Shown: positions 27,656-37,470 of the stretch, one piece after another
Layout: each line of letters begins with the position of its first letter
Position numbering within the stretch: position 1 is the stretch's first letter
Virus record (IMG/VR): IMGVR_UViG_3300021475_000013
Location: 1-61,939 of that record
Origin: a virus
Taxonomy: Duplodnaviria > Caudoviricetes
Reading direction: 5' to 3' (one strand)
Length of the DNA: 61,939 bases
Notes under the pieces: generated by a model
What the model was told of the DNA's origin: nothing
What the model saw: only the letters and a program-made list of their open reading frames with translations
Databases searched by the model: none
Made by a program: the position numbers and the translations under genes

Positions 27656-29458
27656 TTATCTATGCCTCATCATCTGCATGAAAACTTCCTTCTCGTAGTT
27701 CTGCTCGGCGATGATAGCCTGATCCGCTTTCTTATTCTCCTCCTTCAGAATGACTGGGTCTTTGATATTCACTGGTTCTCTAAGCAAAGGACCATTGTCG
27801 ATGGACGGAACGACAAGTCTACCACTATCAAGATCTCGCATCTCCGAAAATGCGAACCACATGGCCATAAGCGAGTCTCCTGTATGTCCATCAGGAAATG
27901 CGCGCATCTCGTTCATCAACTGAGAAATCAGGCGTGTTGTTGCTGGATCATGTATATCATAAGGAAGAATCAATTTCTTATCTTCGGCAAAAATAGCCAG
28001 TGAGTTCACTCCAGCGTAAGGATCTTTCTTTTCTTTGCCAGTTTTATATCCTCGAACAGGAACACCCATATCATCTAAGTCCCTAACCATGGATTCTTGG
28101 AACCCTACGCTTTCCACTCTGATACCATCAGGTTGAAGTTTGTCATAATGTTCTTTCACTGTATTACGCACGGTCGCTGGTGAGAACTTGCCGCGCCAAA
28201 TGTTTCTTACGAAAATATCTCCACGTTTGATATTAGGATCAGTAGAGTACTTAACCCTATCTAGCGTAAGCAATACGGTATCATCAGATTTCTTTTCTTC
28301 CGAAATCGCCAAGTCCAATCCTTCCGTAGTTAATTCCATTTCAAATCCGTCTCGTTTGCCGAGTTGCAAACTATACTTAGAACCTTTATTAATCGCTTCC
28401 TGAAGCCATGATTCTTCGAACTTCTGATCGGGGCGAAGCGATGGGTCGCACTGATACATGCGCGCAAAGGCATATGGGTTATTCTTCCGCTCCAAATAAA
28501 ACCATCCATATCCGTGTCCTGACCCTTCGAACCTATCAGGCCAGAGCAACTGAATGCCTTCGTCCATTGCTTCCTTATTCTTTTCGTAAAACGCTTGCGC
28601 CATCGTCTGACGATCCTTGAATTCTATATCCTCATTGTAAAGAATCTTAGCCCATTCATCCCATAGATTTATGTTGATTGGATCCTGAATGATCGCTTTG
28701 ACTTTGTTTCGATAGTCATAAAACGGGTTCTTCAAGAGTCGAGACACCAAGTCGTCCATATGCCATGTGTTACCGAGATATAAGAAACGGCTGCCGCTCG
28801 CCAAAAGCACTGGTCGAATCGTCGTATCTACCCACTCCACGACCTTCTTGCGCTGATCCTCTGTCTCGGAGTTCTCCTGATCGACTATGTCGTCGCAGAT
28901 GATGACCTTCGCGCGCTTAGAAAGAATCGAACCGAACAAACCGACGGCCGTGACAGTCGGCTCTTTCACATTAAGATCGGTACGCCTGATGGAAATCGAA
29001 CGTCCTGACCAATTCTTCTTGGCTTTTGAATAACCTTTCATCTGCGGTATGACACCACGATCTGCTGGATCTTTGATCGTATCCTTATCGACATAACACG
29101 CAAAACGCTGATACCTATCGTTCGCCTCAATGTTACTGATGACCTGAGCCAAGAAGTCTTTTGCCATGCTTTCCGTATTACACACCAAAAGAATCGTTAC
29201 GTTGTGATCCATAGCCATGAGCCACATGACATACGAAACGCTGATGTGCTGGGACTTTCCATGATTACGCGGATACGAGATGACTATGCGCTTGTACGCT
29301 GAGTCTGAAATGATATTGTCGAGTTCGTTTTGAAATGGCGCGTTCTTGAACCCGCGAATGTACTCCACGAAAACCTTAAAGTCAGTCTTTGCTCGCTCAA
29401 AGACTTTTTGCTCGAACAGATTACTTTTCTGGGTTTCCATCTTGTTTTTCTTCTGCAT
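27656..29458 (-). CDS. Terminase large subunit
   Basis: YPRNHGKS Walker A, IICDD Walker B, LGNTWHMDD, YQCDP, GLDLA nuclease Asp and FPDGHTGD. Confidence 0.95.
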   Translation of the reverse strand: MQKKNKMETQKSNLFEQKVFERAKTDFKVFVEYIRGFKNAPFQNELDNIISDSAYKRIVISYPRNHGKSQHISVSYVMWLMAMDHNVTILLVCNTESMAKDFLAQVISNIEANDRYQRFACYVDKDTIKDPADRGVIPQMKGYSKAKKNWSGRSISIRRTDLNVKEPTVTAVGLFGSILSKRAKVIICDDIVDQENSETEDQRKKVVEWVDTTIRPVLLASGSRFLYLGNTWHMDDLVSRLLKNPFYDYRNKVKAIIQDPININLWDEWAKILYNEDIEFKDRQTMAQAFYEKNKEAMDEGIQLLWPDRFEGSGHGYGWFYLERKNNPYAFARMYQCDPSLRPDQKFEESWLQEAINKGSKYSLQLGKRDGFEMELTTEGLDLAISEEKKSDDTVLLTLDRVKYSTDPNIKRGDIFVRNIWRGKFSPATVRNTVKEHYDKLQPDGIRVESVGFQESMVRDLDDMGVPVRGYKTGKEKKDPYAGVNSLAIFAEDKKLILPYDIHDPATTRLISQLMNEMRAFPDGHTGDSLMAMWFAFSEMRDLDSGRLVVPSIDNGPLLREPVNIKDPVILKEENKKADQAIIAEQNYEKEVFMQMMRHR

Positions 29459-30062
29459 CTATAGACGCCAAGACCTCGGGACTGAAGACCGAGCTGTCAA
29501 CCATATAGTTATTATTCTGAATGACGGTGCCTATCATCGGATTGACTGGCGGTAACGGATCTTGCTTACCCCATTTAGATGGATTACGTCGTTCCGCCGC
29601 CCACATCAGAACGCTTGCTGTCTCCTTTTTCAGATGACTGACGATACCACTCTCGATAAGCATATCTCCTATATTTTCACATATCTCTTTCACTCGGTAG
29701 AAGTCTGGGTGAAGCTCCACAAAGTAATCCCATTGATCTATTGAAATACCCGCATAAATACAGGATTGTTTGATATTGTACCCGTTCTTGAACCCAGTTA
29801 TCAGATTCTCTACTTTTCCCCTTTCGTTCCACCAAGTCCCAGATTTCCCCCTTAGCACTTCAAACTTACCGAAACCCTTGTCTGGAATGACATATGCAAT
29901 CTCTCTGACATTTTCCTGCACGGCCTGTGCAGGCGGTATAACTACTGCTGTATTAGGAATAGGATCAACTATGCTTGGCATGACTTCTGCCGTATCTTGT
30001 GCATTTAACTGCACGGATTCCGTTGAGTCCTTATTCTGAGCCGTTTTTTCTTGATCGTTCAT
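29421..30062 (-). CDS. Terminase small subunit
   Basis: Overlaps the TerL start; GYNIKQSCIYAGIS HTH and WAAERRNPSKWG. Confidence 0.75.
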   Translation of the reverse strand: MNDQEKTAQNKDSTESVQLNAQDTAEVMPSIVDPIPNTAVVIPPAQAVQENVREIAYVIPDKGFGKFEVLRGKSGTWWNERGKVENLITGFKNGYNIKQSCIYAGISIDQWDYFVELHPDFYRVKEICENIGDMLIESGIVSHLKKETASVLMWAAERRNPSKWGKQDPLPPVNPMIGTVIQNNNYMVDSSVFSPEVLASIDAEEKQDGNPEK

Positions 30063-30210
30063 TATCTTTTATAAAAATCAATCCACATACAGCACAAGAA
30101 TAATCGCTTTCTATGACTTCACTATCACATCGTGGGCAAATCAATACTGGTCGGCCGCCAGGTGTCTCTACTCCCTCAAATGGTACGTTTTTGAATGTAT
30201 CTGAACTCAT
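30031..30210 (-). CDS. Small Zn-ribbon protein (59 aa, not in ORF track)
   Basis: CPRC...CAVC; fills the gap between the MTase and TerS. Confidence 0.55.
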   Translation of the reverse strand: MSSDTFKNVPFEGVETPGGRPVLICPRCDSEVIESDYSCAVCGLIFIKDNERSRKNGSE

Positions 30211-30213
30211 TAT

Positions 30214-31476
30214 CTATTTATTTATCTCTCCCCACGATACGCCATCCTCCCTCACTGGGTCTTTACCTGTGTACTTAGCCCATCGGTTAAGTATTGCATG
30301 AACGTACTTCGGGTCCATTTCCATGAGTCGAGCCTTCCTATTGGCCTGTTCGCACGCCATAAGAGTGCTACCCGAGCCGCCAAACGCATCGACCACAATG
30401 TCCCCATGCTGGCTGTTCTTCTTCAATGCGCGTTCGGCCAGTCTCACGGGCTTTTGCGTCGGGTGGATATATCCTCTCGTAGCGTCTCGCTTCTCGTACC
30501 ATAAATCGATCATTTGCGGCCAATCGGTCTGATCCAAGCTATTCATGTCTTGGAAGTTGGAGTACTTGGTGTTCTTGTAGTGAGAATTTCCTTTCTTCCA
30601 GCCGAACATGCATGGCTCATACGTACGTAGATAGTCTAGTCCGAATTTCAGCATGGGCGTCTTAACCCACAATATGATCTGCGATATGGAGAATCCATTC
30701 TCAATGAGTGCCATCCTATTGGCTATCTCCTGTTTGTCCGCATACCACCAGTAGATTGACGCATCATCCGTTGAGAATGCATACAGATGTATGAGAATTG
30801 CGTTATAGAAATTGAATGCCTCTTCCTCTGTCTTATCGTCATCGAATACTTTCTTCCCTTTGAACTTGCCGCTCGAGTACGAATTTCCCGTTCGGCTCTT
30901 GTAGTCTATGGAGTACGGCGGATCGGTGAAAACCAATCTAGCTTTGTCTCCGTCCATTAGCTTAGTCCAATCATCCTGCTTGGTTGAATCGCCGCACAAA
31001 ATCCTATGATTGCCTAGAATATAAAGCTCTCCTGTCTTTGCTTTGACCTCCGTGATCTTGGCCAATTCTTCCTCTTCATTGAAATCATCCTCTTTCGTCT
31101 CGAAGAAATTCAGATCCGCTTTATCAAAACCCAAGTCAATCAGCTCCTCCACATCGAAGTTGTTCGCCATGGTAGAAAAGTCCCATTCCCCAGTATTTCG
31201 GTTCAATCTAATATTGAGACGTTTCTCATTCTCTAAGTCTAAATCTACATATACAACTGGTATCTCCTTAAACCCTAACGAGCACGCTATCTTGTAGCGC
31301 ATATGACCGCCGACAATGACGTTATGTCGATCTTTATGCTTATTTACGATGATTGGGTCAACCAATCCGAACTCTTTCATTGATGCGGTTAGGTCCGCGT
31401 ATTGCTTGTCGGTCAATCTGCGCGGGTTGTATTCCGCTTCTTTTAGATTTTCTACTGGTACGTTTACGATTTCCAT
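30214..31476 (-). CDS. ParB-N-terminal domain + N6A/N4C DNA methyltransferase
   Basis: YNPRR..GLVDPIIV..VGGHMR (ParB); FTDPPY, HPTQKP and DAFGGSGST motifs. Confidence 0.93.
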   Translation of the reverse strand: MEIVNVPVENLKEAEYNPRRLTDKQYADLTASMKEFGLVDPIIVNKHKDRHNVIVGGHMRYKIACSLGFKEIPVVYVDLDLENEKRLNIRLNRNTGEWDFSTMANNFDVEELIDLGFDKADLNFFETKEDDFNEEEELAKITEVKAKTGELYILGNHRILCGDSTKQDDWTKLMDGDKARLVFTDPPYSIDYKSRTGNSYSSGKFKGKKVFDDDKTEEEAFNFYNAILIHLYAFSTDDASIYWWYADKQEIANRMALIENGFSISQIILWVKTPMLKFGLDYLRTYEPCMFGWKKGNSHYKNTKYSNFQDMNSLDQTDWPQMIDLWYEKRDATRGYIHPTQKPVRLAERALKKNSQHGDIVVDAFGGSGSTLMACEQANRKARLMEMDPKYVHAILNRWAKYTGKDPVREDGVSWGEINK

Positions 31477-31830
31477 TTATTTTATCTCAATGAGTAACGG
31501 CTCCCTAGCTCGTAGCTCCCATATTACAACAATACATCTCACGAAGCTAGGGAACTTATACACAGCGAACTCTTCGGCGGCCTTTTTGACTATCTCATTC
31601 CTTCTGCGTGGCAAATCCTCCGTGGCCTTGCTGTTCCAAAAAATGAACTCGTCCTCTTTCATCGCCAACCCGTCCGATCCGAGGATGTCTTTCTTGGAAT
31701 AGAACATGCCGCGTCCAGGAATGAACCGACTGATATACCGCTCAAGATACTCGCAATGATATCCCTGCTTCTCGAACCATTGCTTGGTTTTTACCTTGTA
31801 TCGGTTTCCCCGTGCGGCGTTACTTGTCAT
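31477..31830 (-). CDS. Putative Holliday-junction resolvase (Hjc-like PD-(D/E)XK)
   Basis: RGNRY...WFEKQGY...DILGSDGLAM..FIFWNSK layout. Confidence 0.55.
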   Translation of the reverse strand: MTSNAARGNRYKVKTKQWFEKQGYHCEYLERYISRFIPGRGMFYSKKDILGSDGLAMKEDEFIFWNSKATEDLPRRRNEIVKKAAEEFAVYKFPSFVRCIVVIWELRAREPLLIEIK

Positions 31831-32135
31831 ATTTCCATTATCATAACACCGATACCAAGCTCCTCACACTTATTTATAAAGTCCTCCTCCTTTCCGTGCC
31901 ATGCAACGATTATGTCCGCAACTTGATCGGGCTTTTCCTTGTAGTCCATATCGATCGTGCCAGCAAATCCAATCTCATCCCAATCACTGCCGTTCTTTTT
32001 GTGTCTTATAATCAAACCAGTGAAGACAGGATACTCTCCATGATCGCCGTCTTCGTCATACGGATTCCACCGCTTCGCAAAGCGCGGGAAAGTGAATGTT
32101 ATTTCGGTTGGTGTGTGCGTGATTTTCATATTCAT
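31827..32135 (-). CDS. Hypothetical protein
   Basis: 102-aa ORF with ATGA overlap. Confidence 0.6.
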   Translation of the reverse strand: MNMKITHTPTEITFTFPRFAKRWNPYDEDGDHGEYPVFTGLIIRHKKNGSDWDEIGFAGTIDMDYKEKPDQVADIIVAWHGKEEDFINKCEELGIGVMIMEI

Positions 32136-32245
32136 TCAGATAAAAATACCACAATACAGAACACCCCGATAAACAAAGCTTCGTAGAACGCGACCTTTGT
32201 GGTCGGATGAATGAATATATTTAGAATCGTGATTGCTTCTTTCAT
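32132..32245 (-). CDS. Small membrane peptide (37 aa, not in ORF track)
   Basis: MKEAITILNIFIHPTTKVAFYEALFIGVFCIVVFLSE; ATGA overlaps on both sides. Confidence 0.5.
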   Translation of the reverse strand: MKEAITILNIFIHPTTKVAFYEALFIGVFCIVVFLSE

Positions 32246-32637
32246 TCTGTTTGTCTTTTATTTTTATTCCAGTCCGATCGGTCGACCTTGTTGTTGATGC
32301 GCTTTACTTTTACATTCACTTTGGCCAGCTGAACATCGCAATCGTCAAACGCGATATCGATGTCGCCGCGCGCCTCTTTGACTGGGAACTCATCAGCCCT
32401 CAAACCAAGCTTATCTGCCCACGTACGCGCCCAATCCTGCCCACTACCGCTCCAAATGATCATGTATACACCTTGCGCTTGAAACCACTTGTAAAGTGCT
32501 ACAGTGTCGTAGTTGGGCGTTTCACGATCGAACCCCGTGACCACACACGGAACGATGAGCGTGTCATCCATATCAAACGCAACACGTAGCTGTGTTTTTA
32601 CATAGTTCGGGTCAGTGATGTTTTTATCTTGAGACAT
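32242..32637 (-). CDS. HAD-superfamily phosphatase (capless)
   Basis: VAFDMDDTL (DxD), IIWSG, K and IAFDD motifs. Confidence 0.8.
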   Translation of the reverse strand: MSQDKNITDPNYVKTQLRVAFDMDDTLIVPCVVTGFDRETPNYDTVALYKWFQAQGVYMIIWSGSGQDWARTWADKLGLRADEFPVKEARGDIDIAFDDCDVQLAKVNVKVKRINNKVDRSDWNKNKRQTE

Positions 32638-32956
32638 ATATTTTTGCGCTAGGATATTTCTTGCACGCAGTCAAAACCTCTTCAACGAATGGAACGAAAT
32701 GGACGTACAAACCCCATCCGTTTTCAGCATTGAATTTCTCAAAATACTTCGGCTTATTTTTTAGTTTCTTCAATCCCTCCTCCAAAATATCCACTACGTC
32801 TTTCCCATACACCGCGGCAATCTCTTCTGGCCTCCACAACGCGTAGTAGATACCAGCCTTGTCGGCCATCTCGGTGAGGTTATGAGTCATGTTTGCACTA
32901 AAGACACCGATCTCATTTCCGTCCATTTCGTATTGAAGTCCAAAGTCTAAGCTCAT
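32624..32956 (-). CDS. Hypothetical phage protein
   Basis: ANMTHNL...NGWG pattern; function unknown. Confidence 0.65.
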   Translation of the reverse strand: MSLDFGLQYEMDGNEIGVFSANMTHNLTEMADKAGIYYALWRPEEIAAVYGKDVVDILEEGLKKLKNKPKYFEKFNAENGWGLYVHFVPFVEEVLTACKKYPSAKIYVSR

Positions 32957-33177
32957 GGTTTTGGAAGATGATCAATCGCGCAATACAAATCCTCCTCGGA
33001 TATGTCCCGATGAGCTGACCACTGGCCAAGCACTATACCAAGCGCACACGCCATACATAGCTGGCTGATCGCAAAGATTATATACGGCAGGATGAAACCG
33101 CACCCGAGTATATACCGACCGATATCGGGTACTGACCATACAAAGCACAATGGAATTGTCGTAAGATATTTTCTCAT
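32953..33177 (-). CDS. Small membrane protein
   Basis: Hydrophobic 74 aa with ATGA overlap. Confidence 0.5.
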   Translation of the reverse strand: MRKYLTTIPLCFVWSVPDIGRYILGCGFILPYIIFAISQLCMACALGIVLGQWSAHRDISEEDLYCAIDHLPKP

Positions 33178-33376
33178 ACGTTGTAATTATGTTTAGCGAC
33201 TATGGCTCGCATCGTTTCTAGTGTCGGCCTCATGATCCTGAAATCCCCTTTTTCGTAATACCCTTTCAACAGGACCGACGCACAGATGCCCTTATGAAAG
33301 TGATGACCCGTACCCGATCCTGTGGCGGCCGTGCCGTCCGTTATTTCCTTTCCGCATACGATGCAGGTGTCTTTCA

Positions 33377-33649
33377 TTATGGTTGCGATTTTCGCGCGAT
33401 ATCGACCGCTTGAAGAAAACACTTAGCGAATCCCTCGATCGTCTCGACCTTTCGATTTTGGAAGTCCATTTTTGTACCCCCAGGGATTTCAAACATGGAT
33501 ATCCTGTGCTTATCGACATCTATCTCCGCACCACAACTGATCATATTGCTTTCAAGCTTAACCCGCACTGGCGGCTTTGCATCGGGAGTCTTAAATCCCT
33601 TGAGAACCTCTATCAACTTGTCTATGAAATTGTTTGTTTCTTTTGACAT
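33377..33649 (-). CDS. Hypothetical protein
   Basis: 90-aa ORF with an AT-rich start context. Confidence 0.55.
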   Translation of the reverse strand: MSKETNNFIDKLIEVLKGFKTPDAKPPVRVKLESNMISCGAEIDVDKHRISMFEIPGGTKMDFQNRKVETIEGFAKCFLQAVDIARKSQP

Positions 33650-33656
33650 ATTTTTA

Positions 33657-34109
33657 TTATGTTTCTATTAATGGAAGGAATCTCCTGACCTCCGCGTTCT
33701 TGGCGTTCACAACCCGAGCTGGGTCAAGCTTCTTCGTGATGAGCATAAGGTAGTCCTGTAGATTGCTGTAGCACTCATCTTCCCAACCAGCATCGAATGG
33801 CTGATCCACGGGAACAGTGAACTCTTTCCATTCGCTCACCATGTATTTCTCATCGCCATGATCACTCTGGGACCACGGACTCGGACAAGAACATCCCGAA
33901 TGGAATCCCCAAATGACCCTGCCGTCTTTCGTGAGTCCGAACCTTTCCTCGTCAAAATCGTAAGACTTTGATACTGACGGCTTCTGCCTACTCATGAACC
34001 AGATGACCTGATACTTTTGCCCATCAGTCCTAACCCAAAACTCTTCGGGAATCCTGTCTTTGTTTTTGATAAGAGTTTCTATCTCTTTTTTGAATTTAAT
34101 CGATGACAT
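33657..34109 (-). CDS. Hypothetical protein, possibly C-terminally truncated
   Basis: SGCSC motif; ends shortly after NAEVRR. Confidence 0.6.
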   Translation of the reverse strand: MSSIKFKKEIETLIKNKDRIPEEFWVRTDGQKYQVIWFMSRQKPSVSKSYDFDEERFGLTKDGRVIWGFHSGCSCPSPWSQSDHGDEKYMVSEWKEFTVPVDQPFDAGWEDECYSNLQDYLMLITKKLDPARVVNAKNAEVRRFLPLIET

Positions 34110-34401
34110 AGCCGTTTACTTCACGTTGTCTAATAACCTTATACGTCCCCTCCGACAAGGGAATCGTCTTATGCTCGTTGTGCGTAAGCTTCGCGCCGCC
34201 AGCAGGAATGACCACGTAGAAGTTCGGAATACCCCTCTGCCATCTATCGAAGTCATCCCTGTTAACCACGAACACCTTACCCGCCGATATCTTGTGATCG
34301 TGGCCAGTGACCGAACTACCGAGAACGATACGGTCATTTTTCTCTTTTCCTCTAACCTCTTCGTCCGTCTTTATGAACAACAAATCTCCTTGTCTATACA
34401 T
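34096..34401 (-). CDS. Conserved His-rich hypothetical protein
   Basis: YRQGDLL...VTGHDH...LTHNEH..I.L..G.Y.V.RQRE pattern. Confidence 0.7.
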   Translation of the reverse strand: MYRQGDLLFIKTDEEVRGKEKNDRIVLGSSVTGHDHKISAGKVFVVNRDDFDRWQRGIPNFYVVIPAGGAKLTHNEHKTIPLSEGTYKVIRQREVNGYVID

Positions 34402-34407
34402 GATATT

Positions 34408-34929
34408 TTACTTAAACCACTTGTAATAATCCTGCTGTTCTTGCCCACCAGCACGAATGGTAACTATCGGAAGTCCCGCTCTCGCGAGAGTCCAATTCAA
34501 CAACATCCTGCCAGTGCGCCCATTGCCGTCTACGAAAGGATGAATCCTCTCATACTCAACGTGCTGGAACTTCGCCTCCAAGACCATCTGGCGACTTGTG
34601 CCGTCAACAGGAAAAACCTTGAGAGTCGCATTGACCAACTTGACCCACGCAACCATTGCCTCTGGTATCTTGACCCAATTCATACCCTCTCGGCCGCCGA
34701 TCCATACGGCACACTTTCTAAAATATCCTTTCTCATTGGGCTGTAGATTTTGATGAAGCATAAGGATCTTATGAAGCTTCAACACAACACCAGTCGACAT
34801 CGTCTTTTGCTTCAAAAGGTAGTCGAAAGCAATCTCGGCCTGATGAAGCGACACATCATCATACACTCCCTCGATCGCGTTACTCTCGCGCAGGAACTCT
34901 ATTTTTTGTTTTTTAGTGATCCTTTTCAT
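34408..34929 (-). CDS. Fic-domain protein (class II, N-terminal inhibitory helix)
   Basis: Canonical HPFVDGNGRTGR; N-terminal SNAIEG matches (S/T)xxxE(G/N). Confidence 0.92.
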   Translation of the reverse strand: MKRITKKQKIEFLRESNAIEGVYDDVSLHQAEIAFDYLLKQKTMSTGVVLKLHKILMLHQNLQPNEKGYFRKCAVWIGGREGMNWVKIPEAMVAWVKLVNATLKVFPVDGTSRQMVLEAKFQHVEYERIHPFVDGNGRTGRMLLNWTLARAGLPIVTIRAGGQEQQDYYKWFK

Positions 34930-35222
34930 GAGTACAATTTATAATTTTCATAAACCTTTTGGCGCTGTTCCATAGTCATACTTCGCATAAGCTCTCCGAT
35001 CTGACTACCTGCCTCGTCGTTTGCTCCCGAAGCATATCCCGAACACCAATCGACATGGCTATCCTCAAGATTGCCGTCATCAAGAACGATATGAAGACTT
35101 CCACCCGCGCCATTCTCCGAATAATATTCCTTGACCAAAGCAATGAACTTCCTGAACCATCCATAGTCGGCTTTGATCGCGTGAACCAAATCGTTATACT
35201 CGGTGTAGTGAAGTTTTTTCAT
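34926..35222 (-). CDS. Hypothetical protein
   Basis: GGSLHIVLDDGN motif; ATG at 35222. Confidence 0.6.
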   Translation of the reverse strand: MKKLHYTEYNDLVHAIKADYGWFRKFIALVKEYYSENGAGGSLHIVLDDGNLEDSHVDWCSGYASGANDEAGSQIGELMRSMTMEQRQKVYENYKLYS

Positions 35223-35467
35223 ATTTTTTGTGTTGATCCGCATACGCACGTCGGTGACCACTCGTCACATGCAACGAAATGATGTCCATCCAAATGAACA
35301 GGACACTCTGATAAAACCTTTACAAGGCCTCTCATTTCACAATCAGCTTCTCGGCATACAGCAAGATTAACTTTCTTCTTGTGATCCAGGTAAAAAGTCA
35401 CTCCCATTTCGTGAGTGGATGATGAGACATCGATCATTTCCCTCTGACATTTGAAACATTTTGCCAT
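35219..35467 (-). CDS. Cys/His-rich small protein
   Basis: Multiple CxxC-like pairs. Confidence 0.55.
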   Translation of the reverse strand: MAKCFKCQREMIDVSSSTHEMGVTFYLDHKKKVNLAVCREADCEMRGLVKVLSECPVHLDGHHFVACDEWSPTCVCGSTQKI

Positions 35468-35468
35468 A

Positions 35469-36698
35469 TTAGTCTCCTTTTACGTTAACCAACTGCCTAA
35501 GCGTGTGTGTAATCTTTACGAGATCCTTGGCGTACTCCATGACCTTGTCGATGTCCTTATACGCTCCAGGGATTTCGTCGATCAGAACATCCGAAACGCG
35601 ATACTCGATGCCGACCATAGCCTTGGCCAAGTCGTCCATATTGAACGCCTTTTTAGCCGCACCGCGCGACATCCTGCGACCAGCTCCGTGCGGCGACGAC
35701 TCAAACGCCATCTTGTTAGCCAATCCCTCGATAATGTAGCTACGCGCGCCCATAGAGCCAGGTATCATGCCGCGCATGCCCTCACCAGCATGGATAGCAC
35801 CTTTGCGCGTGACCCATACTTTCTGTCCGAAATGCTCCTCGAACTGCGCGAAATTGTGATGACAATTTATGCGCTCAACTTCGATCTCTGCCTGATGTCC
35901 ATTCTCTCCGTAGAAATGGTAGGAAAGCTCTGTCATGACGCGATCCATCATCTCCTCGCGGTTGAGCAAAGCGAAGTGTTGCGCCCACGCTACGTCCCTG
36001 ATGTACTCGGAAAACAATGCCTCATGCTCTGGTATGTAAGCCAAATCCAAATCCGTAAGCTCAATGAAATACTTACGCATGATGTCTTTAGCGGCCTCGA
36101 TGTACCAGTTGCCGATCTTGTTTCCTATGCCACGAGATCCGCTATGAAGCGTTGCCCAAACAGTGTCCTCCTCATCAACGCAAATCTCAATGAAATGATT
36201 ACCTCCTCCGAGCGTACCAAGTTGTTCACGCCAATTTTTTGAGAATGAATCATACCAAAACATGCCGTTACCAGACGATTCAACAGACTCTTTGTGTTTG
36301 TCGGGGTCAGTATCCCTAAACTTTTCATCAAGAATCTTAATGCGAGCCGCGGCGCTCTCCGTGATCGTCGTATTGAACTTTCCAGCCGACATAGGAATGC
36401 GACGCTCTATACCCTCGCGCATTTTTGCAAGGTCTTTCAAGTCCCCGATCTTCTTGTTCGTCTTGACCGCGATCATGCCGCACCCGATATCGACACCGAC
36501 GGCCGCAGGTATGATTGCGCCCTTGGTGGCAAGAACAGTGCCGACAGTCGCACCCTTTCCGAAATGACAGTCGGGCATGACAGCCACATGCTTAAAGAGA
36601 AACGGCATCTTTGATGTGTTCTCAATCTGCTTGAGTGCGTCCACCTCGATCTCCTCGATCGGCACCCACGATATTGCTTTGTCGTTAATTTTATACAT
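35469..36698 (-). CDS. rtcB: RtcB RNA ligase
   Basis: MPDCH, GVDIGCGM, GTLGGGNHF, HSGSRG, HHNF, RKGA, PGSMG, PHGAGR, DEIPGAYK and terminal VKG all present; ATG at 36698. Confidence 0.96.
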   Translation of the reverse strand: MYKINDKAISWVPIEEIEVDALKQIENTSKMPFLFKHVAVMPDCHFGKGATVGTVLATKGAIIPAAVGVDIGCGMIAVKTNKKIGDLKDLAKMREGIERRIPMSAGKFNTTITESAAARIKILDEKFRDTDPDKHKESVESSGNGMFWYDSFSKNWREQLGTLGGGNHFIEICVDEEDTVWATLHSGSRGIGNKIGNWYIEAAKDIMRKYFIELTDLDLAYIPEHEALFSEYIRDVAWAQHFALLNREEMMDRVMTELSYHFYGENGHQAEIEVERINCHHNFAQFEEHFGQKVWVTRKGAIHAGEGMRGMIPGSMGARSYIIEGLANKMAFESSPHGAGRRMSRGAAKKAFNMDDLAKAMVGIEYRVSDVLIDEIPGAYKDIDKVMEYAKDLVKITHTLRQLVNVKGD

Positions 36699-37464
36699 TG
36701 AGTTTTGGAATACTTGTAAGCTCGAAATCCTTGTCATCCTTGCCGAGCCTGTCGACTATCTCATCGAACTTGAGGTCGCAGAACTCGTCCTCCCAATCCG
36801 CTATGAAATACAACCGATCGCTCTCGCGGATGATGCCGAACAATACTGGGTCGCGCATTTTCTGTTTTTCCTCTGGCGTGAGCTTCTGTTCTTTCGCGCG
36901 CTTCTCTTCAACCTTACCCTCCCAATAGTGATAGACCACATATCCATCGAAACATCCGTCAAACTTATTTTTCTTAGCCAAGACGTCCTCGGGAACGACA
37001 CGCGTGTACTCTTTGAGAAGCGTGTCCGAAATATGACCATCTCTGATCTTGTTCTTGTATTTTTGTAGGTCTTCGCGCTCTATAAAATGACGAATACCTT
37101 TCGCATATAGAACGCTCTCGCGCGTCTCACGGACGAACTCCGTCATAAACTTGCGACCGAGAACCTCCTGCCCGTTCTCTACAGCCTTGTTGAAAGCTTT
37201 CTCCAGCTTTGCCAGTCGGCTCTTCATACGCATACCCTCGAGCGTGCCAAACTTGCTCTTTATGAACTTGAAATACAGCTCGGGATGAATGCGCGTCTCT
37301 ACCTTTGAAAGCTTCATCTCCACCTGATCAGAAATGTAGTTGAGCTGTCCCATCATAGTCGTCACATTAGTTGCACCCGTATCCCATGCAGTGATCGGCT
37401 GATTTATGATGTAGTGATTGACCGCAGTGGTCGCTTGAGTCTGTGTTGGATTTTGTTCGTTCAT
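36691..37464 (-). CDS. Hypothetical phage protein
   Basis: 257 aa; C-terminal DPVLFG..RLYFIADWEDEFCDL. Confidence 0.7.
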   Translation of the reverse strand: MNEQNPTQTQATTAVNHYIINQPITAWDTGATNVTTMMGQLNYISDQVEMKLSKVETRIHPELYFKFIKSKFGTLEGMRMKSRLAKLEKAFNKAVENGQEVLGRKFMTEFVRETRESVLYAKGIRHFIEREDLQKYKNKIRDGHISDTLLKEYTRVVPEDVLAKKNKFDGCFDGYVVYHYWEGKVEEKRAKEQKLTPEEKQKMRDPVLFGIIRESDRLYFIADWEDEFCDLKFDEIVDRLGKDDKDFELTSIPKLNV

Positions 37465-37470
37465 ATGTTT

